64,000 nt of DNA, from NCBI GenBank assembly GCA_025352375.1, contig JANXTL010000028.1, forward strand, positions 1,125 to 65,124, given 5' to 3'. The stretch comes from Acetobacteraceae bacterium (GTDB lineage: Bacteria > Pseudomonadota > Alphaproteobacteria > Acetobacterales > Acetobacteraceae). This document shows, piece by piece, positions 46,869 to 57,245 of this stretch. Made by a program: the position numbers and the translations under genes. The notes below the pieces were generated by a model. It made no database searches. It was not told where the DNA came from and saw nothing but the letters and a program-made list of their open reading frames with translations. Each line of letters opens with the position of its first letter. Position 1 is the stretch's first letter.

Positions 46869-49800
46869 TGCGCCGTTTTGCGATCGTTCTGGGCTGCATT
46901 TGCGGCATGCTCGTGGGGGTGCCGCTGATCGTGCTTGCGACCGCCAACACCGGCCCCGGGCGGCGGGCAATCGAATTTTTGGCGAAATGGGGCAGCGGGG
47001 GTTCGGTGCGTATCGTCGGGTTGGCGGGCCGTTTTCCGGATGCGCTGCACGCCGAGCGGTTGGAGCTGCGCGATAAGATCGGTGTCTACGCGGTCGTACA
47101 GGATGCGGCGCTGGATTGGTCGCCAACCGGGCTCGCCCACGGTGTGCTGGCGGTCAACGCGCTCAACGTCGGCACACTAGCGATCGATCGGCTGCCAGTG
47201 TCCGAAGCCGGGTCGAGCAATAGCGCGCTGGTGCTCCCGCTACCGGTCATTGTGACGCAACTGCACATCGGGCGTCTGGCGCTGGCCGCGCCGGTGGCCG
47301 GCGCTGACACCGTCGCGACCGTGGACGGGTCCGCCGCGCTTACCAGTATGACGGCGGGCCGCCTGCACCTGGAAGCGCACGTGGCCGCAAATGGCGCTTC
47401 CTATTTGGTTGACGGCGCGTTTGAGGCGACCGGGATGCGGATAAGCGCCACAGTGTCCGAACCGCCGGGCGGCTTGCTGGCCCGGCTTGCCGGGTTGCCC
47501 GACCTCGGGCCCATCGCGCTCAAGGCATCGCTGGCGGGACCGCGTTCGGCGCTGACCATTGAGGCGACCCTGAAGGCGGGGCAACTTCATGCCGGTGCCA
47601 CGGGCCAGATCGATTTCGTGAAGCAGACAGCCGATCTGACGGTGGAGGCCACGGCGCCGGCGATGCGCCCGGCGTCCGACTTTGGGTGGCAATCGGTTGC
47701 GCTGAACGCCCGGGTTCAGGGCTCCTTCACCGCGCCGAACGCCACCGGCCAACTGCATGTCGGGCGTCTGACGGCGGGCACGTTCGGCGTTGACGACATC
47801 GCCGCTGACCTATCCGGCAACGCCGGAGCCGCCACCCTGCGAGCGACGCTCACCGGAACGCGCGGACCCGGCGTCAGCGGCGACCTGTTGGCCAAAACCC
47901 CGATCACGATCGAAGCAACCGCGCAGCTGGACACGCCCGACCGATCGATCCAGTTCACGCTGCGCCATATGCTGCTCACGGTCGAGGGAACCGGCAGCAC
48001 GGCGGGGCAACTGCGCGCGCATCTTGCATTGACCGTGCCGGAGGTCGCGCCGTTCGCCGCGGCTCTGGGTGGCGCGCTATCCGGCGGGTTGACCATGACG
48101 CTTGACGGCACCCATGTCGGCGACGTCACCCGGGTGACCACCGATGGTACTTTGGCCGCCGCCGCCGACACGGCGACCTTCCATGCGGCGGGCACGGTGC
48201 GGGGGCAGTCGGTGTTTCTGAGCGACGTCCGCATTGATGGACAGCGCGGGACCATGGCGTTCAACGGGACGATCGCACCGGGTTCCATCAACTTGCGGGG
48301 TATCGCCGAGGTCGGCGACCTGGCGAAGTTGCGGCCGGATTTGGACGGCAGTTTGCGAATCGCCGCATCGGTGGAAGGGTCGCCGGACGATCTGACGATC
48401 GCTGCGGATCTGACGGGTTCGGTGGCGACCGCGGGCATTCGATCCGGGCTGCTCACCGCGCATCTCGCGATGCGGGGCATGCCGTATGCGCCGCAGGGGA
48501 CCGTCACGGCACGGGGCGATCTGTTCGGCTCGCCCGTGACGCTGGCCATCGCGGCGCATCGCGATGGCGATACGATTCAGGCGGTGGTGGAACACGCCGA
48601 CTGGAACAGCGCGCACGCTCAGGGAACGCTGCGGTTCGACACGGCGGACAACCATCGCGAGGGAACGCTAAGTTTAACGGTCGGGAGGCTCGCCGATTTT
48701 GTGCCCCTGATCGGCCAGCCCGTTGCTGGCGATTTATCCGCGACATTAGGTCTGACCGGTGCGCAGGTCCGCTTGGGATTGACGGTGCACAATGGGGCAC
48801 TGGTGGGGGGCGCCGGGTCGTTCGCGCGTGCCAGGCTGGACGCCACCCTGGACGATCTGGACGCCACGCCAATCATCGATGCCACGCTGACGGTCGATGG
48901 CGCGCGCACGGGCGGGGTCGCCGGTTCCGGTTCGCTGCGCGCGAAGGGACCCCAAGATGCCCTGGCGTTGACCATAGCCGCTTCGCTCCCGAACCTGGCC
49001 GGCGCGTCCCTGGATCTGACCGGCGCCGGCACGCTGGATGCCGTCGGCCAGCGTCTAAGCCTCGCGTCGGCCAAGGCCGCCTGGCGGGGTAAAACCCTCC
49101 GCCTACTCGCGCCGGTTCGGATTGGCTTCGCCGGCGGTGTGGCGCTCGATCGGCTGCGATTGGGCTTGGATCAAGCGGTGCTGGAGGTCTCCGGCAGCAT
49201 CGCGCCGGCGTTGGGCCTGACCGCGCGTGTCCGCGCCCTCCCGGCCAATCTCGCGCGCTTGTTCGTGCCGACGCTGGCCCTCGACGGCACGATCGGCGCG
49301 GACGCCCGTTTGACCGGAAATCCGGCGCGGCCCGATGGAACCGTCAAAGTCAACGCCACCGGCCTAAAGCTGCGTCAGCAATTGGGTCGCCTGCTGCCGC
49401 CCGCGCGGATCGATGCCAACGCGACATTGGGCGGCGGCGCTGCCCAGATCGATGTTCGCGCGGTGGCCGGCAAGTCTCGCCTCACCGTGACCGGGCAGGC
49501 GCCATTGGCCGCACGCGGTGCGCTGGACCTCCGCGCGTCCGGGATCTTCGACATCGGACTGGTCGACCCACTGCTGGCGGCCAACGGCTCCCACGTCGCA
49601 GGTTGGTTGACCGTGAATGCCGGGATCGCGGGCACCGTTGCCGCACCGGCGCTGTCCGGCGAGGCCAAACTGACGAACGGAGAAGTACGGGTTGACGGAC
49701 TGGGTGTCCGGCTTCACGGGATCGAGGCACGATTCGCACTGGTGGACGGCGCCTTGCGTGTAACTAACACGGTTGCGCAGGCCGGGCCCGGGACCATCCG

Positions 49801-50812
49801 TATCGACGGCAGCGTCGGGGTGCTTGCTCCCGACATGCCGGTCGACCTTACGCTGACCGCGCGCAATGCTCGGCCGCTGGCGAGCGACATCCTGACCGCG
49901 TCTGTCGATGCGGACCTCACGATCCGAGGGCCCGCGGCGGCGCTGGTGGTTGGCGGTACGCTTCGCGCCCAGGAGGTGGATTTTCGGATCCCCGAGCGAA
50001 TGCCTGTCAGTGTCGCGACCATTGATGTCCGGGATCCTGGCCAGCCGCCGTCCGCGCCAGCGCCTCCGGCCCCGACGGTCGCGCTCAACGTGAATGTCGC
50101 GGCACCGAACCGGGTGTTCGTCCGGGGCCGCGGGATGGACGTGGAGTTGGGGGGATCATTACAACTCCGTGGTACGATGGACCGGCCGAGCGCCGACGGC
50201 GGTTTGATGCTGCGCCAGGGGAACATTAGTTTCGCGGGCCAGACACTCAGGTTTACCCGCGGGACGATCGACTTCAATGGCGCCAGCCTGGTCGATCCGG
50301 CGTTGAAACTGGTGTCCACGACCAGCAGTGCCGCGGTCGTCGTCACGTTGACCGTCAGCGGCACCCCGAAGGCACCCAAGATTACCCTGAGCAGCGTGCC
50401 GGAGCTACCGCAGGACGAGGTCCTGGCGCAATTGCTGTTCAAGCGCAGCGTCGGCGCCCTGAGCCCCTTCGAGGTCGCGCAGATCGCCGCCGCGTTGGCG
50501 TCGCTGTCGGGGGTGGGGCCGGGCATCGAAAATCCGCTGAGCCGCGTGCGTCAGGCCCTCGGCCTTGACCGGTTATCGGTCGGCACCACGGCGAGGGGCG
50601 GCGCGGCGCTGGAGGCTGGGCGCTTCGTGGCACCAGGCGTCTATGTCGGCACTAAACAAGGGGCATCCGGCGGCGGCCAGGCGACCGTTCGCATCGACAT
50701 CGCGAAAGGCCTGACCCTGCAAGGCTCGACCAGCACCGGCGGCAGCGCCACCGGCGCGGGCGGGGAGTCGAACGGCAGTAGTGTCGGCGTGGGCTACGAG
50801 TTCGAGTATTAG
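46868..50812 (+). CDS. tamB: Translocation and assembly module protein TamB
   Basis: 1314 aa with an N-terminal anchor and a long Gly/Ala/Thr/Leu-rich beta-rich body. The C-terminal DUF490-like region contains LSSVPELPQDEVLAQLLF. Confidence 0.82.
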   Translation: MRRFAIVLGCICGMLVGVPLIVLATANTGPGRRAIEFLAKWGSGGSVRIVGLAGRFPDALHAERLELRDKIGVYAVVQDAALDWSPTGLAHGVLAVNALNVGTLAIDRLPVSEAGSSNSALVLPLPVIVTQLHIGRLALAAPVAGADTVATVDGSAALTSMTAGRLHLEAHVAANGASYLVDGAFEATGMRISATVSEPPGGLLARLAGLPDLGPIALKASLAGPRSALTIEATLKAGQLHAGATGQIDFVKQTADLTVEATAPAMRPASDFGWQSVALNARVQGSFTAPNATGQLHVGRLTAGTFGVDDIAADLSGNAGAATLRATLTGTRGPGVSGDLLAKTPITIEATAQLDTPDRSIQFTLRHMLLTVEGTGSTAGQLRAHLALTVPEVAPFAAALGGALSGGLTMTLDGTHVGDVTRVTTDGTLAAAADTATFHAAGTVRGQSVFLSDVRIDGQRGTMAFNGTIAPGSINLRGIAEVGDLAKLRPDLDGSLRIAASVEGSPDDLTIAADLTGSVATAGIRSGLLTAHLAMRGMPYAPQGTVTARGDLFGSPVTLAIAAHRDGDTIQAVVEHADWNSAHAQGTLRFDTADNHREGTLSLTVGRLADFVPLIGQPVAGDLSATLGLTGAQVRLGLTVHNGALVGGAGSFARARLDATLDDLDATPIIDATLTVDGARTGGVAGSGSLRAKGPQDALALTIAASLPNLAGASLDLTGAGTLDAVGQRLSLASAKAAWRGKTLRLLAPVRIGFAGGVALDRLRLGLDQAVLEVSGSIAPALGLTARVRALPANLARLFVPTLALDGTIGADARLTGNPARPDGTVKVNATGLKLRQQLGRLLPPARIDANATLGGGAAQIDVRAVAGKSRLTVTGQAPLAARGALDLRASGIFDIGLVDPLLAANGSHVAGWLTVNAGIAGTVAAPALSGEAKLTNGEVRVDGLGVRLHGIEARFALVDGALRVTNTVAQAGPGTIRIDGSVGVLAPDMPVDLTLTARNARPLASDILTASVDADLTIRGPAAALVVGGTLRAQEVDFRIPERMPVSVATIDVRDPGQPPSAPAPPAPTVALNVNVAAPNRVFVRGRGMDVELGGSLQLRGTMDRPSADGGLMLRQGNISFAGQTLRFTRGTIDFNGASLVDPALKLVSTTSSAAVVVTLTVSGTPKAPKITLSSVPELPQDEVLAQLLFKRSVGALSPFEVAQIAAALASLSGVGPGIENPLSRVRQALGLDRLSVGTTARGGAALEAGRFVAPGVYVGTKQGASGGGQATVRIDIAKGLTLQGSTSTGGSATGAGGESNGSSVGVGYEFEY

Positions 50813-50895
50813 GTCGGGTGCGAACGCCGAAATCGCTCAGCCGATCTTGCGCACCCCACGGATGTAGCGCTAGAAGCCTGCCTCCCGACGCTGGA

Positions 50896-50970
50896 GGGCG
50901 CGTAGCTCAGCGGGAGAGCACCTCCCTGACACGGAGGGGGTCACAGGTTCAATCCCTGTCGCGCCCACCA
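50896..50970 (+). tRNA. tRNA-Val (anticodon GAC), CCA encoded
   Basis: It folds by hand into a cloverleaf: acceptor GGGCGCG/CGCGCCC, D arm GCUC-AGCGGGA-GAGC, anticodon arm CCUCC-CUGACAC-GGAGG, T arm ACAGG-UUCAAUC-CCUGU, and discriminator A + CCA. Confidence 0.95.
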
Positions 50971-50984
50971 TTTTTTCTCCAGAC

Positions 50985-51164
50985 TCAATGTTTATGCTGG
51001 GGCGCCTCGTCGAAAACGGCGCAGGCCATGGTGATCAGTTGTTCCGCCGTGCCGGTGAAACCCGCGCGGTCGGCGGCCTGCGCCAAGGTGATCAGCCGGT
51101 CGGACAGCACAAGGGTACTGACCGGGCCGGAGGGGGTGAACGCGGATGATTCGAGCTGGTTCAT
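50985..51164 (-). CDS. Hypothetical small protein (59 aa)
   Basis: MNQLESSAFTPSGPVSTLVLSDRLITLAQAADRAGFTGTAEQLITMACAVFDEAPQHKH. The composition is plausible, but no family is recognised. Confidence 0.4.
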   Translation of the reverse strand: MNQLESSAFTPSGPVSTLVLSDRLITLAQAADRAGFTGTAEQLITMACAVFDEAPQHKH

Positions 51165-51258
51165 GGTGTTTTCCCTTTGCCGAGCGATTTTCCGCCCGAC
51201 AGGAGCATGCAATGAGGTTCGTAAACAAAAGGTTAACAGGAACGGGAACAAACTGGGT

Positions 51259-51473
51259 TTAAGCGATTTTTTTTGCACCCAGCAGCGCTAGCACCCTGAG
51301 AGCCGAGGCCAAAGGGCGGTCCGGGTCCCTCGCCGCGTCGGTTGTGGCCACAAAAGCCGACAAGGTTTGACCGTCGGCGGCGGCCATTGCGGCCAGCGCG
51401 TCCCAGAACTCCGGTTCCAGCGCCACGCTGGTGCGGTGGCCGGCGAGGGAAAAACTGCGCTTGACCAGCCCGC

Positions 51474-51477
<4 letters not shown>
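51259..51477 (-). CDS. Ribbon-helix-helix domain protein (fumC-linked)
   Basis: MSGLVKRSFSLAGHRTSVALEPEFWDALAAMAA... matches the RHH_4-type pattern. Its start overlaps the fumC stop (ATGA). Confidence 0.7.
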
Positions 51478-52880
<1,403 letters not shown>

Positions 52881-52991
52881 GGTGTGCTTCCTGTTCGATC
52901 GGCACAGGGCTTATACCAGCATGTCTTGAGAATAACCGTCGGCACGCTCGCTCACCGTCATGGCGGGCAGCCGAATCAGTGGGAGGAAGAA

Positions 52992-54137
52992 ATGGTCCAG
53001 TCCGGTCGTGTTGCCTTCGGCAAAATGGAAGAGGTCCTGTTCGGCGTGTCCGCTGCCGACGCGGTGGCCGAGCAAGCCCGAAAGCTGGGCGCGACCAGGG
53101 TATTCCTGATGGTCAGCGGCACGCTAAACCGCGAAACGCCGGAGATCGCGCGGGTGCGGGCGGCGCTGGGCAATCTATGCGCCGGGGTGTTCGACCGCAT
53201 GCCGGCCCATACTCCGCGTCAGGCCGTGGTGGCGGCGGCTAACCAGGCGCGGGAGGCTGGTGCCGACCTAATCGTCACCATCGGCGGCGGCTCGATCACC
53301 GATGGTGCCAAGACGGTGCAACTGTGCCTCGCCAACGACATCCGCACCGCCGAGAGGTTGGACGCCATCCGCCCGGGCCGGGTGTTTGCAGCGCCGACCG
53401 TGCGCCAGATCAGCGTGCCCACGACCCTGTCCGCTGGGGAGTTCAGCGCTTTGGCCGGCGTGACCGACGAGCGGACCCGGGTAAAAGAGTTGTTCGCGCA
53501 TCCATCGATCATCCCCCAGACCGTGATCCTCGACCCCGCGATGACCGTGCATACGCCGGAGTGGCTTTTTCTCTCAACCGGGATCCGCGCTGTCGATCAC
53601 TGCGTGGAGGGGTTTTGTTCGTTGGAGGCCAATCCATATGCCGACGCTCAGGCGATACGGGGGCTAACGCTGCTGACACGCGGGCTGGCGGCGGTGAAGG
53701 CCGATCCGTCGAACATACAAGCGCGGCTGGATTGCCAGATCGGGTCGTGGCTCTCGATGGGGCCGCTGGCGAGCGGTGTCCCAATGGGGGCCAGCCACGG
53801 CATCGGCTACGTGCTCGGCGCCGTGCACGACATCCCGCACGGGCACACGTCCTGCATCATGCTGCCGGCGGTGATGCGGTGGAACAAATCCGCGAACGCG
53901 GATCGGCAGGCGGAGATTGCCGCTGCGATGGGGCATCCGGGCAAGGAAGCCGGGGACGTGCTGGACGCGTTCATCGGCGGGCTGGGGATGCCGCGGAGCT
54001 TGTCGGCTGTAGGTGTTGGGGAAACCGCGTTCGCGCGTATTTCCGAGCAGGCGATGGGGACGCCCTGGATCCCGCGCAATCCGCGGAAGATCGCGGGGCC
54101 GGCGGAGGTTCGGGAGATTCTGAGGTTGGCGGGTTAG
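52992..54137 (+). CDS. Iron-containing alcohol dehydrogenase family protein (maleylacetate reductase-like), intact copy
   Basis: ATG at 52992 follows GGGAGGAAG. The GGGS.TD.AK NAD-binding motif and H-x-x-x-H metal ligands (HGIGYVLGAVHDIPHGH) are present. The track ORF start at 52071 is an antisense-of-fumC artefact. Confidence 0.85.
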   Translation: MVQSGRVAFGKMEEVLFGVSAADAVAEQARKLGATRVFLMVSGTLNRETPEIARVRAALGNLCAGVFDRMPAHTPRQAVVAAANQAREAGADLIVTIGGGSITDGAKTVQLCLANDIRTAERLDAIRPGRVFAAPTVRQISVPTTLSAGEFSALAGVTDERTRVKELFAHPSIIPQTVILDPAMTVHTPEWLFLSTGIRAVDHCVEGFCSLEANPYADAQAIRGLTLLTRGLAAVKADPSNIQARLDCQIGSWLSMGPLASGVPMGASHGIGYVLGAVHDIPHGHTSCIMLPAVMRWNKSANADRQAEIAAAMGHPGKEAGDVLDAFIGGLGMPRSLSAVGVGETAFARISEQAMGTPWIPRNPRKIAGPAEVREILRLAG

Positions 54138-54377
54138 GCTTGGTTCTGTTGCCTATGCCGTGCCCCGGCGAAGGCGGGGGCGACCATTCCGCTGGCCACA
54201 CTGACCGCGACGCGGGTCGTCAACCTGCATGATCCGATGAACAGCGACCACACGGCGGCGGGACCTTGCGGGTACGGGGACCGATAAGGCGTGAGGTGGC
54301 CCCATCCGTTGGACAGGAATCGGGGTGAGCTAAAAGAGACTCGCACCCATTGCGTGCCCCCAAACCCGCTCGGGGGG

Positions 54378-54511
54378 TTAAAAAATTCAAATCAGCGAAT
54401 TTTTTAATTCGTGGTTGAATCCCCAAGGAGAAATATCGTAACCGGACCGAAAAATTTTTTTCAGAATCTAAATGGATTTTGCTTGACAACGGGTCGTAAT
54501 TATCGATAACG
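54378..54511 (+). promoter_or_regulatory. AT-rich regulatory region of the island operon: 11-bp perfect inverted repeat, A5T7 tract, and TTGACA-N16-GATAAC promoter candidate
   Basis: TTAAAAAATTC (54378-54388) pairs with GAATTTTTTAA (54397-54407). GAAAAATTTTTTTC lies at 54449-54462, and TTGACA at 54483-54488. This is a sharp local AT-rich patch in a high-GC genome. Confidence 0.4.
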
Positions 54512-54541
54512 ATGGGCGACATCTTCAAGGTGAGGTATCCA

Positions 54542-54931
54542 ATGGCCGTGCAGACTTACCTCATTCACCTGCACGACGCGCTTCAACAGGACGATGCGGC
54601 GCGGGATGAGTTGGCGGACCTGACGATCCACACGGGTGGCTTCGTGCTGATGGCGACCGATGCGGGCTCGCTGATCGCCGCCTTAGATGATCGGCATCTG
54701 CCGGCCTTCCGGCAGCATCGTGCCGTCGCATTCTGCGGCGCGGTCAGGCTCGATCCGAACGGCGCGGCGGCGACGCGGCTGCAACAGTTGTTCGCGGCCA
54801 ACATTGCGGCCCAATTGGCGCACCGGCTACAGGCGACCTCCGCATCTGCTGATCGCGCAGGTCCGCGATACCGGCCGCTTTGTTGGCACTTGCCCGATCC
54901 CGACGGCGCCCGTGCCGCAACCAGCACTTAA
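54542..54931 (+). CDS. Island protein P0, hypothetical (129 aa)
   Basis: ATG at 54542 follows AGGTGAGG. MAVQTYLIHLHDALQQDDAARDELADLTIHTGGFVLMATDAGSLIAALDD... No recognised family. First gene of the operon. Confidence 0.55.
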   Translation: MAVQTYLIHLHDALQQDDAARDELADLTIHTGGFVLMATDAGSLIAALDDRHLPAFRQHRAVAFCGAVRLDPNGAAATRLQQLFAANIAAQLAHRLQATSASADRAGPRYRPLCWHLPDPDGARAATST

Positions 54932-54951
54932 ACCCGCCAAGGAGTAGTCAC

Positions 54952-55644
54952 ATGAGCATCGGCCAGGAGCTTTTGGACGTTCCGTTTCCCGAGATGATCT
55001 TCAAGATGGCCAACGCCATCGCCCAGGGTCAGCGCCGGTTGGACAAGACGTCAATCGACACCGCGCGCATGCTGGCGAAGGCGCGGGTATCGGTGATCCC
55101 GGAGATCTTCGAGATCGTCGAAAAGAAGAAAATTTCCGACGCGTTGGAGGCCGGTGCCGTGCTCCCGCTCGCTCCGCCGGCGGTGCCCGGCGCACCGGTA
55201 CCGGCCGTGCCCCCGGTCCCCGTCGCCGATCAGTTCACGATCGCGGTCCGCAGCGAGAGCGGCAAAGCGATCGACATGAGTCTGATGCAGGCCGGCTTAC
55301 TGCCGACATTCTATCAGTTCACGGAGTCAATCATTGAAGTGAAAATCTCTATTAGCCACCGTAGCTCGTTCCAGAGCGAATTCGAAGTGGGCGCCAGCTT
55401 GGAAGTGGCGACTGAAGCGGAGGCTCACGGTGGCTTGTTCGGCTTCGGTGGTTCGGCTTCGGTTTCCACCACCTTCGCATCGCACGTGAACTACAAGAGC
55501 TCTTCCAGCTATTCGTACTCGGCCGAGGGGTCGAGCCTTTTGCGCACCACGCTCAAGCCGTTGCCGCCTCCGGCGCGGCTGATCCCGCGCATCGTCACGA
55601 TTGATGCGACGGTCAACCCGATCAAGGTGACGTTCAATGGCTGA
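54952..55644 (+). CDS. Island protein P1, paralogue family member (230 aa)
   Basis: AAGGAG lies 7 nt upstream, and GC3 is high. It shares three sequence blocks with P3 and P4. It carries an extra Pro/Ala-rich insert and a Gly/Ser-rich insert. Confidence 0.8.
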   Translation: MSIGQELLDVPFPEMIFKMANAIAQGQRRLDKTSIDTARMLAKARVSVIPEIFEIVEKKKISDALEAGAVLPLAPPAVPGAPVPAVPPVPVADQFTIAVRSESGKAIDMSLMQAGLLPTFYQFTESIIEVKISISHRSSFQSEFEVGASLEVATEAEAHGGLFGFGGSASVSTTFASHVNYKSSSSYSYSAEGSSLLRTTLKPLPPPARLIPRIVTIDATVNPIKVTFNG

Positions 55645-55655
55645 TCGGCCGCGCC

Positions 55656-57227
55656 ATGGCTTCGCCGCATAATCCCGAATCCTGGCGTGAGAAGAGGCGC
55701 CAGGAGAGCCGAGCCGAGGCCCGGCTGCGGCAAGTGCGGCCGCCGCTTCGTGGGGATGGTCAGGCGTTATCCCGGCCGGGCACGCCTGACCGCCGGCAGC
55801 CTAAAATGCCGCCCCTTGCGTCGGCGGCGCACAGCGCTCCGCGGCCGCCCCTTCTGATGCCGAACCTGCGCGTCAGACCGTCTGGTGCAATACCCCTGCC
55901 GGCACGGGCCGCTATGCGTGCCGGGCCCCCGCTGGAGCGCGCGCTGTCTCGACCAACTGTCGCACCCAGCCAGCGGCCGCCGCCGCGCATCGCCCAGAAG
56001 CCGGAGACCAAGCCGCCTGTCGCCCGCACGAAGCGGCCGATGCAAGCCGCCGGGCCCAAAACGATCGCAATCCAGGATCGCCCGAAGCCGCCTCGACCAA
56101 CTGTCGCACCCAGCCAGCGACCGCCGCCGCGCATCGTCCAGAAACCGGAGACCAAGCCGCTTGTCGCCCGCACGAAGCGGCCGACGCAAGCTGCCGGGCC
56201 CAAAATGATCGCAACCCAGGATCGCCCAAAGCCGCCTCGGCCCAATCGACCCGCGTTGGGTCCTGCGAATTTGCATGCGACCATCGCGCGTCCGCTGTCG
56301 CCACCCCAACCGCACAAGCCCCGACCCGATTTGTCTCTACGTCATACGGGCGTGACGACCACGCCACCGCTCCCGCGCGCGGGGGGCACGCCCAGACCGC
56401 GGGACTTGCAAGCGGTGCGCGACAATCGGCCACCGCCGGTACGCCGGACTGGCCGCGTCGGTGCCCTTGCCAAGCCGCGCGTCCGCGAAGGCGAGTTGTC
56501 CGCGCATCTTCCCTGGCTGCGCGCCGCCGGCCCAACGTTGGAGACGGCGTCCGGCCGACGCGTGATTCTGCATGGCCTGACCGAGGTTTTGCCCGCCACC
56601 GGCTCAGCACTCGCGTTGCTCCACCGCGCGGCGCTGGGCGGGGACGAGGGCAACGCCAGCATATGGCTCGACCTCGAAGCCGGAACGGACCATCTGGGGG
56701 GGGCTCTCGATGACGTTATCGCGCAACACGCGGCTCACGGCGTTTATACGATCCTGCACGGCGGACCCACCCATCGGGCCGCGCACCGTTATGCCGATGA
56801 GCCGGCCGTCCTGTTTTCCCTACCCACTGCCCCGCACGAGCGCGTCACGGCGACGCTGGATGTTGTCCGCGCGGCCCATCCCCGTGCGGTGGTGTTGATC
56901 CCGGCCGGCACAGCGCCAGCCGCGCACCATCGGCCCGGCGCTGTGCTGCGCTGGGATTTGGGAGAAGTCGGCGGCGGGGCAATGGCCGCCGTCGAGCGGA
57001 TGCACCACTGTCCCGTGATGCTCGTCTGGCATCCCGCGCGCGGCAGCCCGATGGCCAACGAACGAATAATTCAGGCCGCTGGGCGGGGCGGCATTGGCTG
57101 GATCGCTCACGATCCTGAACCCTGGATGCAACATCGCTACGGCGTGCCGGAACTCAGTCGGGCCGCGCACGCCGTACTGCGAGGCCTGATCTTGAGTGAC
57201 CATTTCGCCACCCCTCACGCCGCTTGA
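55656..57227 (+). CDS. Island protein P2: basic/proline-rich repeat protein with a degenerate glycoside hydrolase (GH5/TIM-barrel)-like C-terminal domain
   Basis: 523 aa. The N-terminal ~270 aa are Pro/Arg/Lys-rich with two 48-aa repeats, and GC3 supports this frame. The C-terminal ~250 aa follow the GH5 block order, but the catalytic NEP and nucleophile Glu are not conserved. The start codon is uncertain. Confidence 0.6.
   Translation: MASPHNPESWREKRRQESRAEARLRQVRPPLRGDGQALSRPGTPDRRQPKMPPLASAAHSAPRPPLLMPNLRVRPSGAIPLPARAAMRAGPPLERALSRPTVAPSQRPPPRIAQKPETKPPVARTKRPMQAAGPKTIAIQDRPKPPRPTVAPSQRPPPRIVQKPETKPLVARTKRPTQAAGPKMIATQDRPKPPRPNRPALGPANLHATIARPLSPPQPHKPRPDLSLRHTGVTTTPPLPRAGGTPRPRDLQAVRDNRPPPVRRTGRVGALAKPRVREGELSAHLPWLRAAGPTLETASGRRVILHGLTEVLPATGSALALLHRAALGGDEGNASIWLDLEAGTDHLGGALDDVIAQHAAHGVYTILHGGPTHRAAHRYADEPAVLFSLPTAPHERVTATLDVVRAAHPRAVVLIPAGTAPAAHHRPGAVLRWDLGEVGGGAMAAVERMHHCPVMLVWHPARGSPMANERIIQAAGRGGIGWIAHDPEPWMQHRYGVPELSRAAHAVLRGLILSDHFATPHAA
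55948..56235 (+). repeat. Tandem 144-bp coding repeat, 2 copies
   Basis: CTCGACCAACTGTCGCACCCAGCCAGCG... starts at 55948 and again at 56092. The copies differ by a handful of substitutions and encode RPTVAPSQRPPPRI.QKPETKP.VARTKRP.QAAGPK.IA.QDRPKPP. Confidence 0.9.
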
Positions 57228-57245
57228 ACATTAAGGAACATCGCA

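Noticed and set aside
54220-54528. 102-aa - strand ORF in the AT-rich island leader
   Set aside because: It lies in non-coding-looking AT-rich DNA with odd composition, no SD, and overlap with the predicted promoter and inverted repeats.
55948-56235. CRISPR-like array (also considered for 39261-39749 and 34941-35013)
   Set aside because: The repeats are directly adjacent with no unique spacers. They are in-frame coding repeats inside ORFs with protein-level periodicity.
55760-56317. Antisense ORFs (185 and 182 aa) and the alternative + frame ORF 55885-56208 across the Pro-rich repeat
   Set aside because: All frames are open in this GC-rich repeat. Third-position GC and continuity with the C-terminal domain favour the P2 frame.
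56500-57227. Active secreted cellulase/GH5 enzyme
   Set aside because: There is no signal peptide. The positions where I expect the NEP acid/base and the nucleophile Glu are not conserved. It is therefore called only a degenerate GH-like domain.
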